NCBI GenBank assembly: GCA_002269645.1
Contig: NIVC01000445.1
Coordinates: forward strand, 124,001 to 188,000
DNA: 64,000 nt
Origin: Macrostomum lignano
Taxonomy: Eukaryota
Reading direction: 5' to 3'
The notes under the pieces are model-generated. The model was not told the origin of the DNA. It did no database searches and saw only the letters and a program-made list of their open reading frames with translations. Numbering within the stretch: position 1 is the stretch's first letter; each line of letters opens with the position of its first letter. The translations under genes and the position numbers were made by a program. Shown here one piece after another: positions 1-9,351 of the stretch.

Positions 1-1696
1 AACATGGCACAAATGCATAAAAGATTGAGTATATAGTTATAAAATTAAGTCACTTTTGAAGTATTTGGGTTTTGGTGGTTTCTAGTTTGTCTCGGGTGGC
101 CTAGCCGTAGGTCTTGGAATCCCACCGCTGCCACCAATGAAGTATTTGTCTATTTTGCTTCCCACTCAGGCACTAGAGCTGCCAACCTTGGGCTCTTGGT
201 AGACTCTCCCAGGAAGCCTCCTAGCAGTTCTTAGTAGCGTTGGTAGTGCTGCCACCAGCTCGCTCGGATCTTGTCCTTTGGTGAGGGAGACTCTAGGCCG
301 AGCAAAATAAACAAGACACAAGAACTCAGCATGCCGTGCAGATTTGACAGTTCGTACCAGTGCACACCTCGTCAGCAATCCTGCCAGGCTCAAGTGTGGG
401 GACGAGAAGCTGCGCTAGTTTTTGTTAGTTCTGTCGGGAGTTTCGCACTCACTCACAGGCACACAGTCGAAGATAGATCAGAAGTCAAGTAAGTTGGCGG
501 AGGCCTAGCGCAAGCTGCGCTGGACTTTCAAGAGAGCGGTTATCAGAGCGCTAGCAGAGAGAAGGATTAACAGTAGGGTTGACAGAAAGGTTGCCAAACA
601 GAGGCACAAGAGGCCCGTACTTATAGGATAGCGGGTCGATTTCACCATATAGTGAAAGCCTCCCCATTGCGCCAGAGTACGCAAGGCTGCTCTCACTGCC
701 CCCCAATCTGGTATGATTCAGTTCTATTTTTAGAAACAGGCGTGGAACCCTCAATTTGAGAGGCAAGGACGCCATTCCTAATTTAGAGCCTGACACCCGA
801 GATTGCACAAGGGAGCACAAAAGGACAGAGCGCCTGAGGCATGTGATCCGCTTCGGTATGGCCAGACAGAGAGAGTACAGCCAGAACTGGCTGGACTCGA
901 GCCAAGAGAACGCAGCCACACAAAAAGGGGGGGGGGATGGAGACAGACAAAGAATGAAACAAGGACAGGCTGAGCAGAGAAGCTCAGACACAGGGAACGC
1001 AAACAAACCGGAAAAGGGGGGAACAAGGGGGAATGCAGGCAGACAAAAGGACAACAGGGAAGAAGAGGGAAAGAGAGGGAGAGAGGGAGAGCTGAGGCCA
1101 GCGGCAGCCAGCAGCTCAGAAGGGCGCAGGGCACAGCTGACAAAGGGGGCACCTAACACTAAACTAGTGCTCACTTCACTTTGGTCAAAACCAAGTCATA
1201 TGGCTAGTGGAATTTCTAACATTGTATCTATATACTTAAAATAGAATTCAAAGTCTAGCATTCTCTATTTTAAATTATGCTTGATTAGCAACTAGTCTTA
1301 AACCACCAAGGTCCAAAGTCACTGCAATTTAATAGCTTTTTTCATTTAAATTTAAAATTTACTTTGACTTTTAATTTAAAATAGAAAAATATATATTTAA
1401 AACCAAAATATATTATATAGATAGAACCAAAAGTTTTAAGTTCTGTTTGTGGCATAGTGGGATTCAATTTTGAACTATTATATAAAGAAATCAAAATAAT
1501 TCAAAAAAAAGTTGCATGATCCAAGTCTATAAAACAGAAACTTTAGTCAAAAACTTCTACTACTATGTATCATTTCCTTTATTTAAGACAAAAATATATT
1601 TGACTTTTGAATTTGCCTAGGTTTTGATGCTTATAAAAATTTTGTTTTTGCACCTTTAGCTTGTAAAATGGTACTCAACTATTAATTTAAAAAACC

Positions 1697-2131
1697 ATGA
1701 TTTCATGGCTAGTCAAACAGCTTTGCATGGAGAATGAAGCAACGGCAGCAACTGTGCCAGTACAGTCTGCTCTGACCAGTGACTGCTCTAGAGACAAAAG
1801 CAGCAGCAGTAGCAGTACCAGCAGCATCATCAACAGTGGCATTACCATGCCATTGGTACATGCATTGGCTGACAAGCAATCAGATGTCGACCTGCTAGGC
1901 AAGGAGGAGCGCTGTATGCAGTGGTCCTATGCTGAACGATTACGCTGGATGTGGTGCCTGTTCGCTGGCCAGGCTGCTCTTTTTATCGCCCGCACTGTGA
2001 CTCCTGTGTGCGCCGTGTCCATCAGCATGGAGCTGTCCTGGAATAAGAAGGAGACTGGGGCCGCTCTTGGCGTCTTCTTCTGGGGCTACATGGCCACGCA
2101 GTTTCTTGGCGGCTATCTGGCTGATACTAAG
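1697..2131 (+). CDS. SLC17A9: Vesicular nucleotide transporter (SLC17 family MFS), exon 1 of 4
   Basis: Encodes WSYAERLRW..ARTVTPVCAVSISMELSWNKKETGAALGVFFWGYMATQFLGGYLAD, matching the SLC17A9 N-terminal helices. Donor AAG|GTGAAA at 2132, phase 0. Start is ATG 1697 or 1727. Join 1697-2131, 2453-2697, 13857-13930, 14710-15485 = 1530 nt, one open frame (509 aa). Confidence 0.9.
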
Positions 2132-2163
2132 GTGAAATTTGAAAATGATGTATTTTTTAAGAT

Positions 2164-2383
2164 AGGTAAACGGCCCGAATAGCTATGACTATTTAGATGC
2201 CAAAGTGCCTCGTCATCTAAACTGCTACTTTAATTAAACAAATTGGGTAAACGGTCCGAGTAACTATGACTCCGTTTCGATGCTAAAGTGCCTCGTCATC
2301 TAAACTGCTACTTTAATTAGACAAATTGGGTAAACAATCCGAGTAACTATGACCCCGTTTCGATGCTAAAGTGCCTCGTCACC
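2164..2383. repeat. ~83-bp tandem repeat, ~2.6 copies, in SLC17A9 intron 1
   Basis: Unit gggtaaacggtccgagtaactatgac...ctactttaattaaacaaatt recurs at ~2164, 2245, 2328. Confidence 0.85.
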
Positions 2384-2452
2384 TTAAAAGTTACGAGTAA
2401 AAATTTTGCTACAGGATTTTGAATAAAGAAAATTTTGCTTACTCACCGACAG

Positions 2453-2697
2453 GGTGGCGAGCGTGTCGTGGTGGCGGCCGCCTACGGCTGGGCCGGCGTC
2501 ACCCTGTTTATCCCGTTCCTGCCGGCCCTGACTGAGAATCATCGCACCCTGCTGACAGCCATCTTGGCTGCCCGAGTTGTCCAAGGCGCTTGCCAGGGCT
2601 TTCACAATCCGGCCGTTGGCAGTCTGATGTCGCACCGGGTCGGCTTAAAGGATCGCGGCACTACGTTTGCATTTCAAGCGGCCGGAGCCCACGTTGG
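2453..2697 (+). CDS. SLC17A9: SLC17A9 exon 2
   Basis: Acceptor GACAG|GGT; encodes GGERVVVAAAYGWAG..RVVQGACQGFHNPAVGSLMSHRV..AGAHV; donor GG|GTGAGT at 2698, phase 2. Confidence 0.9.
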
Positions 2698-2919
2698 GTG
2701 AGTGATTGATCTTGGCTAAGAGCCAAGTAAACCCAAGTATTTTAAGTATATAGTTCTGTACGCTACGAGCTTTCAAATTCATTAATCTTAACTAGATATT
2801 GTATTTATGGCAGTTCTATCTAGACTAACTAAATCGGTATTAGGCTGGGTGATAATTATTATCTATAATTGATTACCACACTACATATCGGGACTGAACC
2901 TATAGATACGTTTGTTTAA

Positions 2920-3105
2920 TTAAACTCAATTTAAATTTGCGCCAATATAGAGCTAAAATTGCTAAGCAGCCTTTAAACACTGTAAAAGTACCTTTGCGCT
3001 TCCTAAACTACATTGTTCAGCTCGGAAATGTATTTCCTATGATTTAAATTGTTGTTTAAACAGTGGGTAATCCCCCATTTTGGCGCAAATTTAAATTGAA
3101 TTTAA
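2920..3105. mobile_element. Small MITE-like element with 26-bp terminal inverted repeats
   Basis: ttaaactcaatttaaatttgcgccaa (2920-2945) is the reverse complement, with 1 mismatch, of ttggcgcaaatttaaattgaatttaa (3080-3105). TTAA at both extremities. Confidence 0.5.
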
Positions 3106-3199
3106 GTAAAATTGATGGAGCAGTTAATTGATGGGCACTGAGAATGCACATGTCTGACACAATGACCACTGTAGTATAACAGGACGTAAAGCTCAAAGG

Positions 3200-3893
3200 T
3201 CGTGTGATTTTTGGAGGCCAATTTCCTGGAAAAATACACAGCGGAGATCGAAAAAAATCTTTTTTTTATCCCAAAATCAATGACTGCAAATGACCTGGGG
3301 CAGTGAAGATTACCGTTCTATTAATTTATCCTGCGCAGCATGCTACTATGCTATATTTTATATTTTTATATTGGGGATGTAGCCTAGTGGTTAGAGCGTC
3401 GGACTCACGACTTGAAGGTCGGGGGTTCGATTTCCAAAACCACTGAAACAGTTGTGTCCTTGAGCAAGACACTTAACTCTGCATTGCTTCAGTTCACCCA
3501 GCTGTAAAATGGGTGCCAGCATTAGCTGGGGTAATTGAGGGTGTGTGGCGACCCCCCAGTCCTTGGACTGAACAGCCGTACGCAGCCTTCAGATGCGCCG
3601 CGCAATAGCTGCGGCTGAGCTGTCGGTTGCACAATGCCATTGGTGAGTATTTATAACTTTGGGCTTATGATTTATACAGAAAATAATATGAAAATGAAAC
3701 CTTGCCTACACAGCTGTATAAAATACGATAAAGTAACGTGCTGTGCATGCTAAATTAAAGGAATGGTAATCTTTGCTGTTTATTTACGATTTCGTATGAT
3801 CAAAATGCAATAATTGATTGTGATGAAAAAAATGATTTTTTCCTATCTACGTAGTGTATTTTTTCAGGAAATTGGCCCAAAAAAATTGCACAA
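3200..3893. mobile_element. Degenerate non-autonomous DNA element with ~65-85-bp inverted repeats, interrupted by a SINE
   Basis: 3200-3266 (..ggccaatttcctggaaaaatacacagcggagatcg..) is inverted relative to 3826-3893 (..cctatctacgtagtgtattttttcaggaaattggcc..). Confidence 0.55.
3373..3660 (+). mobile_element. tRNA-derived CORE-type SINE
   Basis: A box TAGCCTAGTGG and B box GGTTCGATT, followed by gtgtccttgagcaagacacttaactc..cagttcacccagctgtaaaatggg, which resembles the MIR/CORE central domain. 3' end approximate. Confidence 0.8.
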
Positions 3894-4501
3894 TTAACTA
3901 ACACATTGTCAATAAAATACAAAATCGAATTCACCGGATTCAACAAATATCTTAATTTGGCTTTTCTGATTTAATGTAAACACGATATATTTTAGTTTAT
4001 AATTATTAGTACACGCTAATGTCCCATTAGTTTTATAGAACTGTTAGATCGTAGATTAGTACAATAACAAAACATAGTTACAGTTATGTATTTTATCGCA
4101 CCGAATTTCAGCTGAGTTTAACAGACACACTTTATTTACGTAAGGAAGATTAGCGTATTGTTTAATTTGTTTGGTTACGGTGAAATTTCGTTATTAATTA
4201 ACTTGTCTTGCTACCTGGTTGCGGCTGCGTTTGCTTGAAAAGTAAATTTTATTGCCTGACTTTAATGTGCTTTTCTTTAAGGTCACAGATACTAGAATAT
4301 ACTAGCAATCAGTGCCCCCCGTTGAGGACCCAACAAAGAATGAAATACAAATTTTTGAATAAGCTACTTTTAGTTTCTCCTTGCATGCAGTAACCTCAGC
4401 CATTCTCCTTGTAAGCCTTTACATCTAAGCAATTCCCCCATAAGCCTTGCCATCTAAGAAATTCCTCTCTCCTTACTGCTCTCTCATTGGCTGAGCTAGA
4501 T

Positions 4502-4870
4502 CCCGCCTGGATAAGTGGTCCGGCAGTTTGTCCGTATACACGTCCGGGTGTCATCCGGGGTTGTAATGTATTTTTCCCATTTGATTCGTCCGGAAAAAAC
4601 CGGAGGAAAAGTTTAAAATCGGACCAAAATGTCTGGAAAAAAACCGATTGGTCCGGTTGAAATCCGGACTGTCATCCGAAAACTTGTCCGGAAGTTCATC
4701 CAGAATTAACCGGACCACATGGCGGGTAATTTTCCGGACAAAACCGGACGACTGCATCAGACGCGTAAACCGGATGACTACCCGGATCAAAAAGCGGACG
4801 AAAACCGGGCAAAGAGAGATTCACGTGATCCGGACGAAAATCCGGGAGAACATCCGGATGGAAAGCGGAA
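4502..4870. repeat. Left TIR plus subterminal array of (R)TCCGG/CCGGA motifs
   Basis: About 17 CCGG cores in ~360 bp, counted by eye. Resembles CACTA subterminal accessory-protein binding arrays. Confidence 0.85.
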
Positions 4871-5466
4871 GTACATACTTAGTACACTGATGAAAGTCAA
4901 GCTGACTTTAATTCATGGCGAGGCCTTTAAATGCAGACTCGAAATCCAACGAGATTTGTGTTGAAATGTTTTAAATAAAAAAGAAGCTTTACAAAGACAT
5001 ATTCACGACTGGTTTCCAGTAACATTTTTTGTTTCCAAGTGGCACAGCTGAAGCTGCTTGTAGTTATGCTGCACGAACACCCAAAGCAGGGGCTTAAACC
5101 GGCAAGAACACTTTGTATTTTACGAACATTCATCATCGTCACATCATCTCACAAAATGCTAATATAGTAGGTGCAAAAAGTCACACTGACCACAATCACC
5201 TCTCAAATCACGAAATACAAAAAGTTGGTGCATAAAGTCACACTGGCCACAATCCCCTTACCCCAATCCTCAAAGGGCCAGAACCACCCTGCTCCAATAT
5301 TCTCAAATGGCCAGAACCACCCTGCTCCAATATCCTCAGATGGCCACAATCCCTTTCCCCCAGTCCTCTCTCCGTCTATCTCGAGATCTGTCCATGTCTG
5401 TGATCTGTCCCCGTCAGTCAGCTCTATCGATCACCAGCAATTCACGACCCTGTTCGTCCCTGATCA

Positions 5467-6503
5467 TCAATCGTTCAGCATCTCCAGCAACAAGTCACTT
5501 GGACGACTGTCGCCGTCCAATTCGCCTGCGCTGAGAAACTGCGTCCCAGTGTTATGAGACTCCTCAGTCTGTTCGGTAATTATGCGCAGAACATGTTCTG
5601 CAGAGGTGGTAGCCTTCGAGCGAGATGACTGGCCAGGTGTGCGGGCCGCAGTCGAACGCTTGGGTCGGCTGCGCTTCGGCAGTCCCAGCTGCAATCTCGC
5701 CGTCTCGCCGCACCGAGTGAATGCGCGATGCAGTTCGTTGCGGTAAATTGGCACCTCGGCGTTCTGCAGCCACTGCCTCGCGACAGCAACTTTGGCCGGG
5801 TTCGCCGGCGCCGAAACGTACCCAGCAATTCTTCGGCCTGACAGGGATGAGTTCGCCAATTCTTGCGACGTAAAGACAGCCCTAAAGACAGCACGCAGTA
5901 GCGCCAAGCGCGTAAAGCGCCGCATGGCAACTGCGTCTAGGTCGACCGCCTGCTGATCTTCCATCGCCTTCTTATATTCTTTGTGTCGGTCTTCAAGTTC
6001 AGACCGGAGTCGCAAAGGTACAGAAAAAAACTTCTGGCTGTCGGAAAGGGCGACCAGTCCGCCGGTAGCAGAGCTAGTGGCGGTCCCTTGCTCCGCGTCA
6101 CATGCGCGGATTAACGCGCGCGTTTCGGCAACAGACAGGTTGCGATCAGCGGAGAAGGTTGCCTGGTCGCCAAATGCGTCATCGTCAGCAGACTCGTCCG
6201 CGGAGGAGTGCGCGCTAGAAACAGCATCACCAAAGGTATCATCGGGGCGCACATGTGATGCAGCTGCAGCAGCACCTGAAGTGGTTGCACTTGCGGCCGG
6301 CAAAAGGCAATTTGACGCCCTGGCGAGCAGCGCGTTGGCGGTGTCGACATTACGCAGTAGGCAATTGTTGCGCGCTTCGGCCTGCTCGACCTGCATGACC
6401 AGCTTCCGCTCCATTTTGGCCTGCACACTCGTCTTGTGCAGGAGCGTGCGGTTCTGTGCCAGCAGGTTGGTCTCAGAAGTACGGAGGAGCTTAAGTTCGC
6501 CAC
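5467..6503 (-). CDS. Transposon accessory protein, exon 2: coiled coil plus C-terminal BEN domain
   Basis: Acceptor ACGCAG|GT at 6504/6503, phase 1 matching exon 1. BEN-like pattern RRFTRLALLRAVFRAVFTSQELANSSLSG..PANPAKVAVARQWL..AFTRCGETAR. Confidence 0.75.
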
Positions 6504-6673
6504 CTGCGTATGTATTTGAATTGGAAGGATTGACAGGTGAATCAGCTAACTTATGGTTTGCTTCTGCTTATATATGTGGACGGAATGCGTCAGTTGATGA
6601 ATCTAGATGCATGCAGAATACGACAATGCAGATCGATCTGATGACCCCATGAGTAACTTAATCAGAAACTTAC

Positions 6674-7388
6674 GCAGGGATTCGGTCAAGGCCTTCTCCC
6701 TTTGGAGCTCAAGCACGAGACCGCGACAGGAGCTGCAGGACCGCGGCAGCTCGGCGGGTGCCGCGTGGACGTTAGTCAAGCTGGCAGCACCAGCAGCCTC
6801 CCTTTTCTTGTCGAATGGGCCCTTTATTAGTGTGCCCAGATAGCGCCGGGCCGTGCTACGCTTGCTCCGAGCTGTCACGACAGCGACTACGGCGCCGGTG
6901 TTTAGAGGCAGCTGCACATCCGACCGACGCGAAATGATGGCACTGGTGGACATCAGGCTGGAGTCTGTTGACACTACCTCTGTTCGCTGGTGGAAGTCGG
7001 TATACTGAAATACAAAAAACCGGGCCTTGGCTTCGGCTTTAAACGGCACCATTTCAGGTTCGTTATCTTCTTCGGCGGCGAGTCGATTCCGCGGAATCGG
7101 AACTTCTTCCGAATGAGCAGTGCTATCGATGGCAGTCGGATTAGCGACGCTTAATCCACCTGGCGGATTTAAATCCGCATCTGCCACAGCTGCGGCGGCG
7201 GCGGCGGCGGCTCCAGTCGGGACGTTGGCACCCGAATCGGTTGCCGTAGCCCGAGCCGACACCTTGGCGACACTGAATGGTACTCCTATTTTCTTAGAAA
7301 CACCAGACGGCTTCTTTATTGTTGCATGCGTTTTTTTTGCCTCTTTACGTCTTTCTTTCTCCGAAGCGTCGCGACACGTGCGGCCCAT
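6674..7388 (-). CDS. Transposon accessory protein, exon 1 (basic N-terminus, small beta-rich domain, CxxC, start of coiled coil); ~583 aa spliced
   Basis: ATG at 7388 (MGRTCRDASEKERRK). Donor CTG C|GTAAGT at 6673. The 170-nt intron joins in frame to exon 2. Confidence 0.72.
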
Positions 7389-7619
7389 GATGGCAGTTCT
7401 CGTGCACGCTGGAAAAGATATGACATGAGGTTTGCATTTCCGCGAGATCTGTACAGGAGTCATCGTCTCTGATCCTCGAGCACTATAGGTGACTGAGTAC
7501 TTGGTTATGTACAACGGGTTCGTAAGGAGTTAGCAGCGGGACGGAATGAAATAACAAACAAGACTGACGGATATCACAAAGCCAAAAAAGCGCCGGTCCT
7601 TTTATATGTGTTTGCACTA

Positions 7620-7688
7620 CAGCAACCTCGACACCATTGCACTTCAGCAACCTCGACACCATTGCACTTCAGCAACCTCGACACCATT
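7620..7688. repeat. 25-bp tandem repeat (~2.8 copies) upstream of the BEN gene
   Basis: cagcaacctcgacaccattgcactt repeated. Confidence 0.8.
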
Positions 7689-7945
7689 CAACTAAAAAGT
7701 TTAAACTAAAACTAAATACTAAAAATTCAACTAAAACAGAAATCGTCAACACAAGTAGAAAAAGTGTGGAAGGATGAAACAGCATATGAACAAGAGTTGC
7801 GCAGCAGTTCTTCTAATATAAAAAACGATTTCACCTGTCCCCACATGTGGGGAAATATTTCTATCCCTATCCCTATGATATCCCTATCCCCATCCCTATT
7901 TCAACTAGTCCCCATGGCGCGACCATGGTGGGGAACCAAAGCAAT

Positions 7946-8728
7946 TCAATCCTTCTTTGCAGACTTTGGTTTCGGCGCATCATAGGGAGCAAGGCCGCGA
8001 AGGGGCCGCATACGGCGCCTGCCTACTCTCATCAGCTCCACCGGAAGTGGTGGCGGACTGGGGGGCATGTCGATGGAAAAAAAGTTTGGCGCCTGGATAA
8101 TCGGACGATGCCGATGGCGCCCATGGCGCTGCTGGCGCTGGTCGCGAACTTCGGCGGGCAGGTTGGCGTACCAGGCTTCACAGTCTGGGCAAGTTTGCGC
8201 AGGAAGGCGCTGCCTGTCATACCGCCGGCGTGAGTCGAACGTCGGCGGCGGCTCGTCCGGAAGCCTATTGTAGTCAGCAGCGTACTGCTTGCGTACTTGC
8301 GTACTTGCGTCAACTTGCGTACTGCTAGCGACTGGCGTCGGACGGCGGAGCTCTGAGGGCGACAGGACTAATTCCTGGATCTCCTCCTGCGCAACTGCAT
8401 CTTCGGACTCCACGGCTTGTGGAGACGAGTCCCAGGCCTGACTGTCCAACTGCTGGACATGGGCGACCGGTGAGCCTAGAGTAGTATGTGTGTCGTCCGA
8501 CTCGACATCCGAATCTACCTGGGCGGCGGGTGAGCCTAGAGTAGTATGTGTGTCGTCCGACTCGACCTCCGAATCTACGGAATCTCCTAGTAGCTCATCA
8601 ACCCCTTCGCCGATAAGTCCGTCCAAAATCAAGGACCAGTCTGGAGTCCGGATAATTGACCCGTGCGCCGGGACATGTAGCTGAAGTGTAAGGCGGTGGA
8701 ACCCTTTGTACTCATACGTGCTAAGCAA
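7946..8728 (-). CDS. Transposon-borne protein with CtIP/Sae2/Ctp1 C-terminal (SAE2-type) domain; true start uncertain
   Basis: RRRYDRQRLPAQTCPDCEAWYANLPAEVRDQRQQRHGRHRHRPIIQAPNFFSIDMP (8063-8230) is colinear with human CtIP [58 protein letters not shown], recalled from memory. Tail RPLRGLAPYDA also resembles CtIP RPKRRQPYNA. No in-frame ATG before the domain; the ORF track start is TTG. Internal 60-bp duplication at 8471-8580. Confidence 0.85.
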   Translation of the reverse strand: MLSTYEYKGFHRLTLQLHVPAHGSIIRTPDWSLILDGLIGEGVDELLGDSVDSEVESDDTHTTLGSPAAQVDSDVESDDTHTTLGSPVAHVQQLDSQAWDSSPQAVESEDAVAQEEIQELVLSPSELRRPTPVASSTQVDASTQVRKQYAADYNRLPDEPPPTFDSRRRYDRQRLPAQTCPDCEAWYANLPAEVRDQRQQRHGRHRHRPIIQAPNFFSIDMPPSPPPLPVELMRVGRRRMRPLRGLAPYDAPKPKSAKKD

Positions 8729-9351
8729 TTACTTGAACAACCGTTTGCAACCCGTTAGTGCATGTACAAGAGGGCTGCAGAAAAGAGGAAAAACGTATAC
8801 ATAGTTACAGTGCAGCGGCAAATACAACTGTATTTCTAATTAATCAGTTATACACATACGTATACGTAAGTAAACCAAACATTCAGTAATATGGAAACCG
8901 GTAAGGTATGAAATAGTACTGCACCATTCGTGCAGACGTATCAATAATAATTTAAGTGATTATGAAATTATACTGCCTCATGTGTAATGTTTGCGAAACG
9001 AAATATTTATTATGATAATGAGATAATTAGTAGAACAATTTCAGTGCAGCTGACGTCTTCAATTATATACTCGAGTATTGGGGGATCACAAGCTGAGAGG
9101 AAACAAATTCCAAATTTGCCTCTAAATTAGCTAAAGAGTTGAGAGCGCGACACAAGAATCATCGATGAAACAAAATCGTCCGACATGCAAAAAAGCGACA
9201 GTCGCCACAATATTATAAAGGGAATTATGTGCTTGAAATGAAAATTTTACACTACTTTCATGGACCGCTATTTTCAATTCCATTGATATTATACTTATAC
9301 TATTGAGGCGGTGATGATTAAACAGAAGCAACAGCTAATTAATACTGGAAG

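Noticed and set aside
271-1244. Possible LINE or Penelope remnant or short gene (ORFs 756-1244, 551-1174; CxxC and REHKR fragments)
   Set aside because: Fragments are in different frames, the tail is low-complexity purine-rich, and no diagnostic RT or endonuclease motif could be confirmed.
3373-3445. tRNA gene
   Set aside because: A and B boxes are present but run into a SINE CORE domain with no proper acceptor stem. The tRNA-like segments in the Helentron units were rejected as tRNA genes likewise.
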